The notes under the pieces were generated by a model. It was not told where the DNA came from and made no database searches. It saw nothing but the letters and a program-made list of their open reading frames with translations. A stretch of DNA of 64,000 bases, from assembly GCF_003334815.1 (NCBI RefSeq), contig NZ_QOWO01000018.1. One strand, given 5' to 3'. The stretch is from Escherichia coli (GTDB lineage: Bacteria > Pseudomonadota > Gammaproteobacteria > Enterobacterales > Enterobacteriaceae). A program made the position numbers and the translations under genes. This document shows, piece after piece, positions 19,627-29,247 of the stretch. How positions within the stretch are numbered: position 1 is the first letter of the stretch; the number at the start of each line of letters is the position of its first letter.

Positions 19627-19925
19627 TGAAAGTTAACGGCAGCGGCGGGATTGACGGCAGCGATGCGTTAATGGGGCCGAAGGTTCAGGCCAATGATATC
19701 AGGCAGGCCGCCGAACAGTTTGAGGCGATTTTTTTACGCAACATGCTGAAAGAGATGCGTAAAACCAACGAGTTGTTTGATTCGAAAGATAACCCATTTA
19801 ACAGCGATTCGGTGCGCATGATGCAGGGATTTTATGACGATGAGTTGTGTAACACCCTGGCGCAGCAGCACGGGATTGGGATTGCGGCGATGATTGTGAA
19901 GCAGTTGTCGCCGAAGCATAGGTGA
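19626..19925 (+). CDS. lfgJ: FlgJ homolog, rod-binding domain only (no muramidase domain)
   Basis: 99 aa; FEAIFLRNMLKEMRK rod-binding motif; gene ends before flgK with no glucosaminidase region. Confidence 0.6.
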   Translation: MKVNGSGGIDGSDALMGPKVQANDIRQAAEQFEAIFLRNMLKEMRKTNELFDSKDNPFNSDSVRMMQGFYDDELCNTLAQQHGIGIAAMIVKQLSPKHR

Positions 19926-19936
19926 AGCTCCGACGT

Positions 19937-20150
<214 letters not shown>

Positions 20151-20228
20151 GCACCCGGTTTACGGAATTTAAGAATCCCCATCTTCACGCCGCTTTTAAC
20201 CGGCACGATTTACCGGTAAGGATCCAAC

Positions 20229-21605
20229 ATGGACATGATTAACATCGGCTACAGCGGCGCATCAACCGCGCAGGTGGAGCTGAACGTCACGGCGCAAAAC
20301 ACCGCTAACGCCATGATCACTGGCTACACTCGCCAGGTGGCGGAGATCAGCACCATCGGTGCCAGCGGCGGTTCGCCGAACAGCGCCGGTAACGGCGTAC
20401 AGGTGGACAGCATTCGCCGCGTCTCCAACCAGTATCAGGTGAATCAGGTGTGGTATGCCGCCAGCGATTACGGCTATTACAGCACCCAGCAGGGGTATCT
20501 CAGCCAACTGGAAGCGGTACTAAGCGACGATAACAGCAGCCTGAGCGGCGGCTTCGATAACTTCTTCGCCGCCCTTAACGAAGCGACCACCAGCCCCGAT
20601 GATTCCGCCCTGCGCGAGCAGGTGATCAGCGAAGCCGGGGCGCTGTCGTTGCGTATTGATAACACGCTCGATTACGTCGACTCGCAAAGCACGGAAATCA
20701 TCAGCCAGCAGCAGGCGATGGTGTCGCAAATCAACACGCTCACCAGCGGTATCGCCAGCTATAACCAGCAAATTGCTCAGGCCGAAGCCAACGGTGATAA
20801 CGCCTCTGCGCTGTACGACGCCCGCGATCAGATGGTGGAAGAACTGAGCGGGATGATGGAAGTGCAGGTCAATATCGACGACCAGGGCAACTACAACGTC
20901 ACCCTGAAAAACGGTCAGCCGCTGGTGAGCGGGCAACAAAGCTCGACCATCGCGCTGGAAACCAACGCCGACGGCACGCCGACCATGTCGCTGACCTTCG
21001 CTGGCACCACCTCGACGATGACCACCGACACTGGAGGTTCATTAGGCGCACTGTTTGATTATCAAAACGATGTGCTGACGCCGTTGACCGACACCATCAA
21101 CAGCATGGCCTCGCAGTTTGCCGATGCGGTCAACAACCAGCTGGCGCAGGGCTACGATCTCAACGGTAACCCCGGCGAGCCGCTGTTTATTTATGACGCC
21201 AGCAATGCCGATGGCCCACTGACCGTTAACCCGGATATCACCGCCGATGAGCTGGCGTTTTCCAGTTCGCCGGACGAAAGCGGTAACAGCGACAACCTGC
21301 AGGCGCTGATCAACATCTCCACCGAACCGCTGGAAATTGCCAATCTTGGCAGTGTGACGGTCGGGCAGGCGTGCTCGTCAATCATCAGCAATATCGGCAT
21401 TTACAGCCAGCAAAACCAGACGGAAGTCGATGCCGCGTCCAATGTCTATTCCGCAGCGCAAAACCAGCAGAGCAGCGTCAGCGGCGTCAGCATGGACGAA
21501 GAGGCGGTTAACCTGATCACCTATCAACAAATTTATGAAGCCAATCTGAAAGTCATTTCCGCCGGGGCCGAGATTTTCGATTCGGTGCTGGAAATGTGCA
21601 GCTAA
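20229..21605 (+). CDS. lfgK: Flagellar hook-associated protein 1 FlgK homolog
   Basis: 458 aa; N-terminal MINIGYSGASTAQVELNVTAQNTANA and C-terminal axial-family helices. Confidence 0.8.
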   Translation: MDMINIGYSGASTAQVELNVTAQNTANAMITGYTRQVAEISTIGASGGSPNSAGNGVQVDSIRRVSNQYQVNQVWYAASDYGYYSTQQGYLSQLEAVLSDDNSSLSGGFDNFFAALNEATTSPDDSALREQVISEAGALSLRIDNTLDYVDSQSTEIISQQQAMVSQINTLTSGIASYNQQIAQAEANGDNASALYDARDQMVEELSGMMEVQVNIDDQGNYNVTLKNGQPLVSGQQSSTIALETNADGTPTMSLTFAGTTSTMTTDTGGSLGALFDYQNDVLTPLTDTINSMASQFADAVNNQLAQGYDLNGNPGEPLFIYDASNADGPLTVNPDITADELAFSSSPDESGNSDNLQALINISTEPLEIANLGSVTVGQACSSIISNIGIYSQQNQTEVDAASNVYSAAQNQQSSVSGVSMDEEAVNLITYQQIYEANLKVISAGAEIFDSVLEMCS

Positions 21606-21619
21606 GCGGGAGCGCGAAA

Positions 21620-22549
21620 ATGCGAGTAACCACCCAACAAACCTACGTCTCGATGACGCAAAGTTTTAATGATCTCTCCGGCGATCTGGCGCATGTGGTC
21701 GAGCAGATGGCAACCGGCAAGCAGATTTTGCAGCCGTCCGATGACCCGATCGCCGCCACGCGCATTACCCAGTTAAACCGCCAGCAGTCGGCGATTGAGC
21801 AGTATCAGAGCAATATCGACTCCGCGTCGGCGGGGTTAAGCCAGCAGGAATCAATTCTCGATGGCGTCAACAACAGCCTGCTGGCGGTGCGTGACGACCT
21901 GCTGGAAGCAGCGAACGGCACCAATACCGCCGATTCGCTCGCAAGTCTCGGGCAGGATATTGAGTCGCTCACCGAATCAATGGTCGCGGCGCTGAACTAT
22001 CAGGACGAAGACGGGCACTACGTGTTTGGCGGCACTATCAACGATCAGCCGCCGATTGTGGCGGTGGACGATGACGGCGACGGCGTGACCGATAGCTACA
22101 GCTATCAGGGCAACAGCGACCACCGCCAGACCACCGTTTCGAACGGCGTGGAAGTGGATACCAACGTGGCGGCGAGCGATTTCTTCGGTAGCAATTTAGA
22201 TGTGCTCAACACGCTCAATTCGCTCTCTCAGGAGTTGCAAGCCCCCAACGTTGACCCGGCAGATCCGCAGGTGCAGAGCGATATTCAGAACGCCGTTGAT
22301 GTGGTGGATACCGCTTCGGACGATCTCAACGCCTCAATTGCGTCGCTTGGCGAGACGCAGAACACCATGTCGATGCTGAGCGATGCGCAGACCGATATTT
22401 CTACCTCTAATGATGAGTTGATTGGTTCTTTACAGGATCTCGATTACGGCCCGGCGTCGATCACCTTTACCGGACTGGAAGTGGCAATGGAAGCTACTCT
22501 CAAGACTTACTCGAAAGTGAGTGAGTTGAATTTGTTCAGCGTTCTCTAA
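21620..22549 (+). CDS. lfgL: Flagellar hook-associated protein 3 FlgL homolog
   Basis: 309 aa from ATG 21620 (MRVTTQQ...), C-terminus ...ELNLFSVL; follows flgK. Confidence 0.75.
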   Translation: MRVTTQQTYVSMTQSFNDLSGDLAHVVEQMATGKQILQPSDDPIAATRITQLNRQQSAIEQYQSNIDSASAGLSQQESILDGVNNSLLAVRDDLLEAANGTNTADSLASLGQDIESLTESMVAALNYQDEDGHYVFGGTINDQPPIVAVDDDGDGVTDSYSYQGNSDHRQTTVSNGVEVDTNVAASDFFGSNLDVLNTLNSLSQELQAPNVDPADPQVQSDIQNAVDVVDTASDDLNASIASLGETQNTMSMLSDAQTDISTSNDELIGSLQDLDYGPASITFTGLEVAMEATLKTYSKVSELNLFSVL

Positions 22550-22565
22550 CTCTTTCAGGAACCGT

Positions 22566-23543
22566 ATGCAGGTCGGACTTACTTCTTCGTCACTCGCCAC
22601 CGGCAGCGCGCATAGCGCTGCGGTATCGTCGTCAACCGTTGCGCCCACTCAGGCGGTGCGGCAAAAACTCCCGGCGACGGCGAGTGAATATCCGGCCTCG
22701 CCGCTGATTACCACTCGCCCGCAGCGTTACAGCGTGCAGCTTAACGACCAGCTCACCACGTTGCAGCAGGCGGATCACTACCTCGGGCAACTGGAGCAGC
22801 AGTTGCTCGATTATCGTCACAGCCAGCGTAAGGGCGGGCAGGCGCAGAGTACGGCGCTGATGCAGATGCTGGACAAACGCACCGCGCTTTCCGGCGGTGC
22901 GGTAGACCGCCAGTTGCAGCCAGTGTTGCAGGGCGAGGCGCGGGTGACTTTTCACTCGCCGGATCTGGCGAATCTCGTACACAACCCCACGCCGGGAACG
23001 CGCATGTTCAGCGTCTCTGACGGGCGGCAGACTCAGCTTTCGGCGGTGATGCTGTCTGAGGATGACAGCGCCGCGCAGTATCAGACGCGGCTGACCAACG
23101 CCCTGCGCCGCGTGGGTGTGCAACTGCATCAGCAAGCGGACGGCATCAGCTTCTCCACCACCGAAAAGCAGTGGCCCAACATTGAAAGCACCTTAAGCGT
23201 GCGCACCGATGGTGATAAGTCGGCGTTTATGCCGCTAAAAACCTTTGCCGAACCGTCGCAGGCCGAGCGTTTAGCGCAAAGCCTGCAACAGGGCGGGGCA
23301 GGGATTTCCCAGATGTTAGAAAACATTAATCAGCAGCGCGCGCAAATGGCGGTGCAGCAGGAAAAAGCCCGCCAGTTGATCGACGGCATGTCCCGCTTCC
23401 CGCAAACGGAAAACGCCGTGCAGGCGTCGGAAAATCTCGGCGGCGTGTTGGATAGCGCGAATCATAACTATCAGGTGTTATTGCAGGCGGTGAATGGTCA
23501 GGCGCGAATTTCCAGCCAGACGGTGAGGAGTTTATTGGGATAA
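22566..23543 (+). CDS. lafW: Hypothetical flagellar protein with flagellin-type C-terminal helix (LafW-like)
   Basis: 325 aa; C-terminus ...VLLQAVNGQARISSQTVRSLLG resembles the flagellin/HAP C-terminal motif; N-terminus unlike flagellin. Confidence 0.4.
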   Translation: MQVGLTSSSLATGSAHSAAVSSSTVAPTQAVRQKLPATASEYPASPLITTRPQRYSVQLNDQLTTLQQADHYLGQLEQQLLDYRHSQRKGGQAQSTALMQMLDKRTALSGGAVDRQLQPVLQGEARVTFHSPDLANLVHNPTPGTRMFSVSDGRQTQLSAVMLSEDDSAAQYQTRLTNALRRVGVQLHQQADGISFSTTEKQWPNIESTLSVRTDGDKSAFMPLKTFAEPSQAERLAQSLQQGGAGISQMLENINQQRAQMAVQQEKARQLIDGMSRFPQTENAVQASENLGGVLDSANHNYQVLLQAVNGQARISSQTVRSLLG

Positions 23544-23548
23544 TTATC

Positions 23549-23588
23549 GGTAGGCCGGATAAGACGCGTTTAGCGTCGCATCCGGCAT
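23549..23588. repeat. REP element
   Basis: gtaggccggataagacgcgtttagcgtcgcatccggca. Confidence 0.8.
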
Positions 23589-23601
23589 ATATTGGCACTC
23601 A

Positions 23602-24444
23602 TCAGCACTTCTGCACAGTATTTAACAACTTCTCTAAATTCTGATACATCGCGCTATTAATATCGCTATTCTGCCACTCATCCACATTAAAGGTTAATTG
23701 CCAGCTACCGTTGCACTGGTTGCGCAGAACAATATCACTCTCCAGTCGGTTACGAACATATTTATAATAGGTTGTCATTGTCATATTATGCGCTGACAAT
23801 AAATTATCGAGTTTGTCTTTTCCTGGTGCGAGGGTTTGTGACAGTAACGGTGCGGAATTATTTTCTTTTCCAGAACTAAGGTGAAATATTTTTATTCTTG
23901 GGCTGTTAATTGACTCTTTTACCAGTTGCGGGGCGTCAGGTGTACTTTTCAAGTGTGAATACCCCACGGTCGAGCCAATAAATATAACAGCCGCGGTCAA
24001 CGCTAACCCCATCAGTCCTTTATGTTTTTTTCTAACAGGCACAGGCAGGGTTGTCGAAGATATCTCTCCTGGCACAGTTTCCTGTACCTGGTTGGTAATA
24101 ATCAGCGCTTCCGCAGGCGATGACTCCGGCAAAGACACATACTCTTTATTGCACAGGTAACCTTTTTTCGGGATGGTTTTAATAATGTTCTGTTGTTTGC
24201 CATCATCGTCGATAGCAACGCGTAATGCATGTATCGCCGTCGGCAGGCTGTTACCGCCGACAATGCGGTTCTTCCATACTTCGGCACATAAATAAGATCG
24301 CGATAAAACCACATCGGCATTTTTTGCTAATGTTTCCAGCAAAATAAAATGGTATTCGCCGAGACGACGTGTTTCACCCGTTTCGCAATGTATTAAGGCA
24401 TTAAGCGACGGGTCCATCCGCCAGTTGTTGATAATAATACTCAT
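23602..24444 (-). CDS. lafZ: ToxR/CadC-like membrane-anchored winged-helix transcriptional regulator (LafZ-like)
   Basis: N-terminal OmpR/PhoB-type winged-helix region (LLETLAKNADVVLSRSYLCAEVWKN...IKTIPKKGY), one predicted TM helix (GLMGLALTAAVIFIGSTVGY), C-terminal periplasmic region; start at 24444 preferred, 24495 possible. Confidence 0.6.
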   Translation of the reverse strand: MSIIINNWRMDPSLNALIHCETGETRRLGEYHFILLETLAKNADVVLSRSYLCAEVWKNRIVGGNSLPTAIHALRVAIDDDGKQQNIIKTIPKKGYLCNKEYVSLPESSPAEALIITNQVQETVPGEISSTTLPVPVRKKHKGLMGLALTAAVIFIGSTVGYSHLKSTPDAPQLVKESINSPRIKIFHLSSGKENNSAPLLSQTLAPGKDKLDNLLSAHNMTMTTYYKYVRNRLESDIVLRNQCNGSWQLTFNVDEWQNSDINSAMYQNLEKLLNTVQKC

Positions 24445-24857
24445 AGTTGAGTTTACCTTAGCAAGGGATAAATGTTTCCTGATAGTGCTTTGCATAAAGC
24501 ACAGTCTTATACGTCCCTGAGAAGATGATTTTTCTGCGTGATAATTAATATTTTATGGTAATAGGATTATTCTTAATCACTATATGGCGTGGAAATGTAA
24601 CGAAATGACAGGACAGGTACAATAGCCAAATGTGTACTATTTGCAACGCAATGTAAATTTTGGCATCAGTACATTGAGAAGAAAACGCGTTAATTGATGG
24701 TAATCTTAACTATATCAAGCGTTTGATAAAGACATATTTTGATACCTGGCCATGTGGCAGATATTGCTAATAATCTTTTTATCTGAATTTAAACTCTGCT
24801 TTTTTTAGCTAAAAGTGGCATCAGATAAACCGCAGTGAAATTTTTTTAACGGCGGTT

Positions 24858-24884
24858 TTAAGTTTGCTCCCGAGGTGTCGTTTT
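24858..24884 (+). promoter_or_regulatory. Candidate sigma-28 promoter upstream of flagellin lafA
   Basis: TTAAGTTT-N11-GTCGTTTT (7/8 match at -35, weak -10) about 45 nt upstream of the lafA ATG. Confidence 0.25.
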
Positions 24885-24929
24885 TACAGGGTATCGAAAC
24901 GAAAACGATTAATCCCAAGGAGCAGTATC

Positions 24930-25844
24930 ATGTTATCTATTAACACCAATAACGCCTCAATGGCCGCCGTTAATGCAATCAGCAAAAGCAGCTCTTCTCT
25001 GTCTACATCTATGGAACGCCTGGCGACAGGTAACCGGATTAACTCTTCTGCCGATGACGCCGCAGGCAAACAAATTGCTAACCGTCTGACAGCACAGTCC
25101 AGCGGTATGGATGTTGCGCTGAGCAACATCAATGATGCCACCGCGATGCTGCAAACCGCCGACAGCATGTTCGACGAAATGTCTGACGTGCTGGGTCGTA
25201 TGAAAGACCTGTCAACTCAGGCAGCGAACGGCACCTACAGCGACGACGATCTGCAGGCGATGCAGGACGAATACGACGAACTGGGCCAGCAGATGTCTGA
25301 CATGCTGCAAAACACCACCTACGGCGGCACCAACCTGTTCGGTGTTTCCGGCACCAGCAACACCGGTACTGACGGCCTGTTCCAGAGCGCGGTAACTTTC
25401 CAGGTGGGCGCGGAATCTTCCGACACCATGACCGTGAACATCTCTAGCCAACTGAACACGCTGGTGACTGACCTTTCTGCTATCAGCAACTCCTTCAGTG
25501 CGGATCAGGCAGACACCACAGGCACCGCAGGCGTTTCTGGCGGTACTGAACTGACTGCGTCTGGCTCGGCTAACCAGATGATCACCAGCATTTCTACCGC
25601 GATGGATGATGTTTCGCAGATCCAGTCCAAGCTGGGTGCGTCTATCAACCGTCTGAACGACACGGCTAATAACCTGACCAGTATGCAGGACAACACCGAA
25701 GTTGCTATCGGTAACATCATGGATACCGACTACGCTACGGAAGCGTCCAATATGACCAAACAGCAGGTGCTGATGCAGACCGGCATCACCATGCTGAAAC
25801 AGTCCAACAGCATGTCCAGCATGGTTTCCAGCCTGCTGCAGTAA
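24930..25844 (+). CDS. lafA: Lateral flagellin
   Basis: 304 aa; flagellin N-terminus MLSINTNNASMAAVN...RINSSADDAAGKQIANRL and C-terminus ...DTDYATEASNMTKQQVLMQTGITMLKQSN...SLLQ; AAGGAG RBS. Confidence 0.9.
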   Translation: MLSINTNNASMAAVNAISKSSSSLSTSMERLATGNRINSSADDAAGKQIANRLTAQSSGMDVALSNINDATAMLQTADSMFDEMSDVLGRMKDLSTQAANGTYSDDDLQAMQDEYDELGQQMSDMLQNTTYGGTNLFGVSGTSNTGTDGLFQSAVTFQVGAESSDTMTVNISSQLNTLVTDLSAISNSFSADQADTTGTAGVSGGTELTASGSANQMITSISTAMDDVSQIQSKLGASINRLNDTANNLTSMQDNTEVAIGNIMDTDYATEASNMTKQQVLMQTGITMLKQSNSMSSMVSSLLQ

Positions 25845-25854
25845 TGGCGGACTT

Positions 25855-25953
25855 GCCGGATGCGGCGTGAACGCCTTATCCGGCCTACAAAATATTGCAA
25901 ATTCAATATATTGCAGAAACCTTGTAGGCCTGATAAGCGCAGCGCATCAGGCA
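25855..25953. repeat. REP/BIME element
   Basis: gccggatgcggcgtgaacgccttatccggcctaca ... tgtaggcctgataagcgcagcgcatcaggca. Confidence 0.8.
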
Positions 25954-26087
25954 GTGTTGCGTTTGTCATCAGTCTCAACACCGCCTGCGGGCGGTGTTGT
26001 TCTTTCTGCGGCAGGCGTATTTCCACCAGACCGGAAATGGCCTTTCCGCCCATTTTTCAATCTATTGATTATTCACATAAAAATTAT

Positions 26088-26102
26088 TGGCACGCCTTTT
26101 GC
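26088..26102 (+). promoter_or_regulatory. Sigma-54 promoter TGGCACG-cctt-TTGC upstream of lafB (fliD-like) operon
   Basis: Exact -24/-12 consensus match 33 nt upstream of ATG 26135. Confidence 0.65.
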
Positions 26103-26134
26103 CAATAACCTGACATCGTTATCCGGAGTCATCA

Positions 26135-27451
26135 ATGATCAACCCAAGAACCATTGCGCAAGAAATCGCTTATGCAGATGTCGCCACTCAGGCGGCAAAC
26201 TTGCAGGAGAAGCAAACGGAGCTGGATGCCGAAAGCAGCGGCCTGGACTCGCTCAGCTCGGCGTTGAGCGATTTCCAGAGCGCCGTGGATGCGCTAAACA
26301 GCGATACCGACGGCCCGGTGACCTTCGCTGCCACCAGCAATAATGACTCGGCGACCGTTTCCGCTAACTCGCAGGCGCAGGCGGGAAGCTACTCGTTTTT
26401 CGTTGAACAACTGGCGCAGGGGCAGCAGACCACGTTCAGTATGGGTGATGACACCTTTTCTGCGACGGGGACGTTCGAAATGACCATGGGCGACAGCACC
26501 ATGGATATTGATCTGGCGGCGGCGGATCAGAACGGTGACGGCGACGGTTTTATCGACGCCAGTGAACTGGTGAATGCGATTAACGACTCCGATGACAATC
26601 CGGGCGTGTCGGCTGCGCTGGTAAAAACCGACGGCACCACCACGATTATGCTCACCTCGGATAGCACCGGGGCGCAGAGCGCGTTTTCGGTGAGCGTAAC
26701 GGGGCATGATGCCAGCAACGATAGCGCCAGCGCGCCCGTTGCCACGGATGTTTCCTCCGCTCAGGACGCGATTATTCATCTCGGTAGCGCCACAGGGCCT
26801 GAGATCACCAACAGCAGCAATACATTTGATGATGTGATCCCCGGCGTCACCATGACTTTCACCGAAGTCAGCGATTCTGACAGCGATCTCACTACCTTTA
26901 ACATCAGCGAAGATTCCAGCGCCAGTCAGGAGAAAGTACAGACCTTTGTCGATGCCTATAACACCTTGATTGATACGGTTGATTCACTGACTACTCATGG
27001 TGATGACAGTACCAGCGCCGGGGTATTTGCAGGCGACGCCGGACTCAATTCACTGGCGAACCAGCTCGATGACATCGCCCATGCCAACTACAACGGCGTG
27101 TCGATTGTTGACTATGGCATCACGCTTGATTCTCACGGCCACTTACAGATTGACTCCGACCAGTTCAACGACGAAATGGCGAAAAATCCTGACGGTCTGA
27201 CCTCTATTTTCGTTGGCGACAACAGCATGGTGGCGCAGATGGACGACCTGATTAACACCTACACGGACTCCAGCAACGGCATCATCACCCTGCGCCAGCA
27301 GAACATTGACGATCAGATGAGCAAAATTCAGGACGAAGGCGATCAGCTTACCGATACCTATAACGCCAACTACGACCGTTATCTCGAGGAGTACACCAAC
27401 ACGCTGGTCGAGGTGTACACCATGAAAGCCAGCATGGCGGCATTCGCGTAA
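26135..27451 (+). CDS. lafB: Flagellar filament capping protein FliD homolog
   Basis: 438 aa, directly downstream of flagellin and upstream of fliS; coiled-coil termini; assignment mainly by synteny. Confidence 0.6.
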   Translation: MINPRTIAQEIAYADVATQAANLQEKQTELDAESSGLDSLSSALSDFQSAVDALNSDTDGPVTFAATSNNDSATVSANSQAQAGSYSFFVEQLAQGQQTTFSMGDDTFSATGTFEMTMGDSTMDIDLAAADQNGDGDGFIDASELVNAINDSDDNPGVSAALVKTDGTTTIMLTSDSTGAQSAFSVSVTGHDASNDSASAPVATDVSSAQDAIIHLGSATGPEITNSSNTFDDVIPGVTMTFTEVSDSDSDLTTFNISEDSSASQEKVQTFVDAYNTLIDTVDSLTTHGDDSTSAGVFAGDAGLNSLANQLDDIAHANYNGVSIVDYGITLDSHGHLQIDSDQFNDEMAKNPDGLTSIFVGDNSMVAQMDDLINTYTDSSNGIITLRQQNIDDQMSKIQDEGDQLTDTYNANYDRYLEEYTNTLVEVYTMKASMAAFA

Positions 27452-27473
27452 CTCAGAAGGAATATCCCTAAAG

Positions 27474-27866
27474 ATGTACCAAGTACAGGACGGCTATTCA
27501 CAATATAAAGAGATCGATCTCGCGGCGCGTACTGCGGCGGCATCGCCTCTGGAACTGGTGCTGGTGCTGTTTTCTGGCCTGATGGACGAGCTGGAACGCG
27601 CCAAAAGCCATATTGAAGGGCGGCGTTTCGAGAAGAAAGCCCAGAGCATCAATAAATGCATCGACATTCTCAATGCGCTTACCAGTTCGCTGGAGTTTGA
27701 AACCGGCGGTGAGCTGGTGGTCAACCTTTCGCGACTCTATGACCACTGCGTTTACCGATTGTATGAGGCCAGCGGCGAATTATCGGCAGAGAAAATCGAT
27801 GAAGTGATGCTGATCTTAAGCAACCTGCGCGAAGGCTGGGAAGGGCTTTCGGGCAAGCTGGGTTAA
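27474..27866 (+). CDS. lafC: Flagellin-specific chaperone FliS homolog
   Basis: 130 aa; ...EIDLAARTAAASPLELVLVLFSGLMDELERAK... typical FliS helical bundle. Confidence 0.8.
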   Translation: MYQVQDGYSQYKEIDLAARTAAASPLELVLVLFSGLMDELERAKSHIEGRRFEKKAQSINKCIDILNALTSSLEFETGGELVVNLSRLYDHCVYRLYEASGELSAEKIDEVMLILSNLREGWEGLSGKLG

Positions 27867-27870
27867 GACG

Positions 27871-28182
27871 ATGGAAAAACAACGCAGGCAACTTTTCGCA
27901 CTGGTCGAGGCGATGAATGAAGCCCTCGACAAGCAACGCTGGCGACGCCTTCCGGCACTGCATCAGCAGTTGATGCGCCAGTTTCACGATTACGCGGCGG
28001 CGGAAACCGACGCGGCGCAGTTCTGTGCGGTAAAGGCGCATTTGTACGGCGCGTTTAATGCCCTGATTAAACGGCGCGAGCAGCGCGCAGAAGTGTTGAA
28101 GGCGCGTATGGAACAGCATCAGCGGCATCAGGAAGGTGTGCTCGCCTACTCAATTGTTAATTTACTTTCGGAGAAGTCATGA
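27871..28182 (+). CDS. lafD: Small helical protein, possible FliT-like chaperone (LafD)
   Basis: 103 aa, position fliS-X-fliK; no strong motif. Confidence 0.4.
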   Translation: MEKQRRQLFALVEAMNEALDKQRWRRLPALHQQLMRQFHDYAAAETDAAQFCAVKAHLYGAFNALIKRREQRAEVLKARMEQHQRHQEGVLAYSIVNLLSEKS

Positions 28183-29240
28183 ATCCGGCATTGCTTGCCA
28201 CGCTCGGAACGCTTGCGGAAACCGCTTCGTTGAAGGCGGATATTTTACCGCCGGTGAGCGGTGAAAACGCGCCCGCGTTTACCCTGCCGAAAATGGCGGT
28301 CGCGGCGGTGGCGGAGCGCGTTCATAGCGCTAAAACCAGTCAGCAACAGGCGACGCGCCCGCAGGAGAACGATCCGGTGGCGATGCAGGCGCTAATGGCG
28401 CTGTTACTTCCACAACCTGCCGCGCCGCATCAGCACACGCCGCAGCCGCGAAACGTCGCAACATCGCCGGTTATCCAGCAATTGACGAAAGCGGTGGTGC
28501 AAAACGCGCCGCAACGCCAGACGCAACAGCAGGAACTCACGCCGTTGCCGCCGCAGTTGCAGGAACTGATCAGTCAGTTGCCACAGGCGAAGCCCGAACA
28601 GCAGGCCAGACTGGCGACTTACGCCAGTGAAGATTTACATGCCATTGCGCCGACGCAGCCGCGCGTTTCAACACAGCCAGCTCGCCCAAAACCTGAACTA
28701 ACCCGTGTGACCGCGCGCCCGCAGGTCGAGCGTAAAACGGAAAAAGTGCCGGACAGCGAACCGGTTATTGCGCGTGCGGTGTTGCAGGTTAAGACGCCGG
28801 AGCTGCTCAGCGAGCATCAGGAGATTGTCGCCAAACCAGCCACGCTTTCGATGGACGAACTGGGCGAAAAACTGACGACGCTTTTGAAAGATCAGATCCA
28901 CTTTCAGCTCAACAAACAACAGCAGATCTCCACCATCCGTCTCGATCCACCGTCGCTTGGCAAGCTCGAGATCGCCGTACAACTCGACAACGGCAAACTG
29001 ATGGTGCACATCGGCGCGAACCAAAGTGAAGTTTGCCGCGCGTTACAGCAGTTTAGCGACGATCTCCGCCAGCATCTGACGGCGCAAAATTTTATGGAGG
29101 TGAACGTACAGGTCTCCTCCGAAGGGCAGTCGCAGCAACAACAACAGTCGGGCCATCAGCAGGAAGAGGTGAGTGCCGCCTTACAGCTTGATGATGCGCC
29201 TCAATTTCAACAGAACGAATCCGTTTTGATCAAAGTGTAA
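28179..29240 (+). CDS. lafE: Flagellar hook-length control protein FliK homolog
   Basis: 353 aa, Pro/Gln-rich central region, C-terminal ...IRLDPPSLGKLEIAVQLDNGKLMVHIGANQSEV... FliK C-terminal domain. Confidence 0.6.
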   Translation: MNPALLATLGTLAETASLKADILPPVSGENAPAFTLPKMAVAAVAERVHSAKTSQQQATRPQENDPVAMQALMALLLPQPAAPHQHTPQPRNVATSPVIQQLTKAVVQNAPQRQTQQQELTPLPPQLQELISQLPQAKPEQQARLATYASEDLHAIAPTQPRVSTQPARPKPELTRVTARPQVERKTEKVPDSEPVIARAVLQVKTPELLSEHQEIVAKPATLSMDELGEKLTTLLKDQIHFQLNKQQQISTIRLDPPSLGKLEIAVQLDNGKLMVHIGANQSEVCRALQQFSDDLRQHLTAQNFMEVNVQVSSEGQSQQQQQSGHQQEEVSAALQLDDAPQFQQNESVLIKV

Positions 29241-29247
29241 AGGCAAT

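Noticed and set aside
24640-24770. TGGCAT and TGGCAG motifs upstream of lafA as sigma-54 promoters
   Set aside because: The -12 element and the spacing do not fit the TGGCACG-N4-TTGC consensus.
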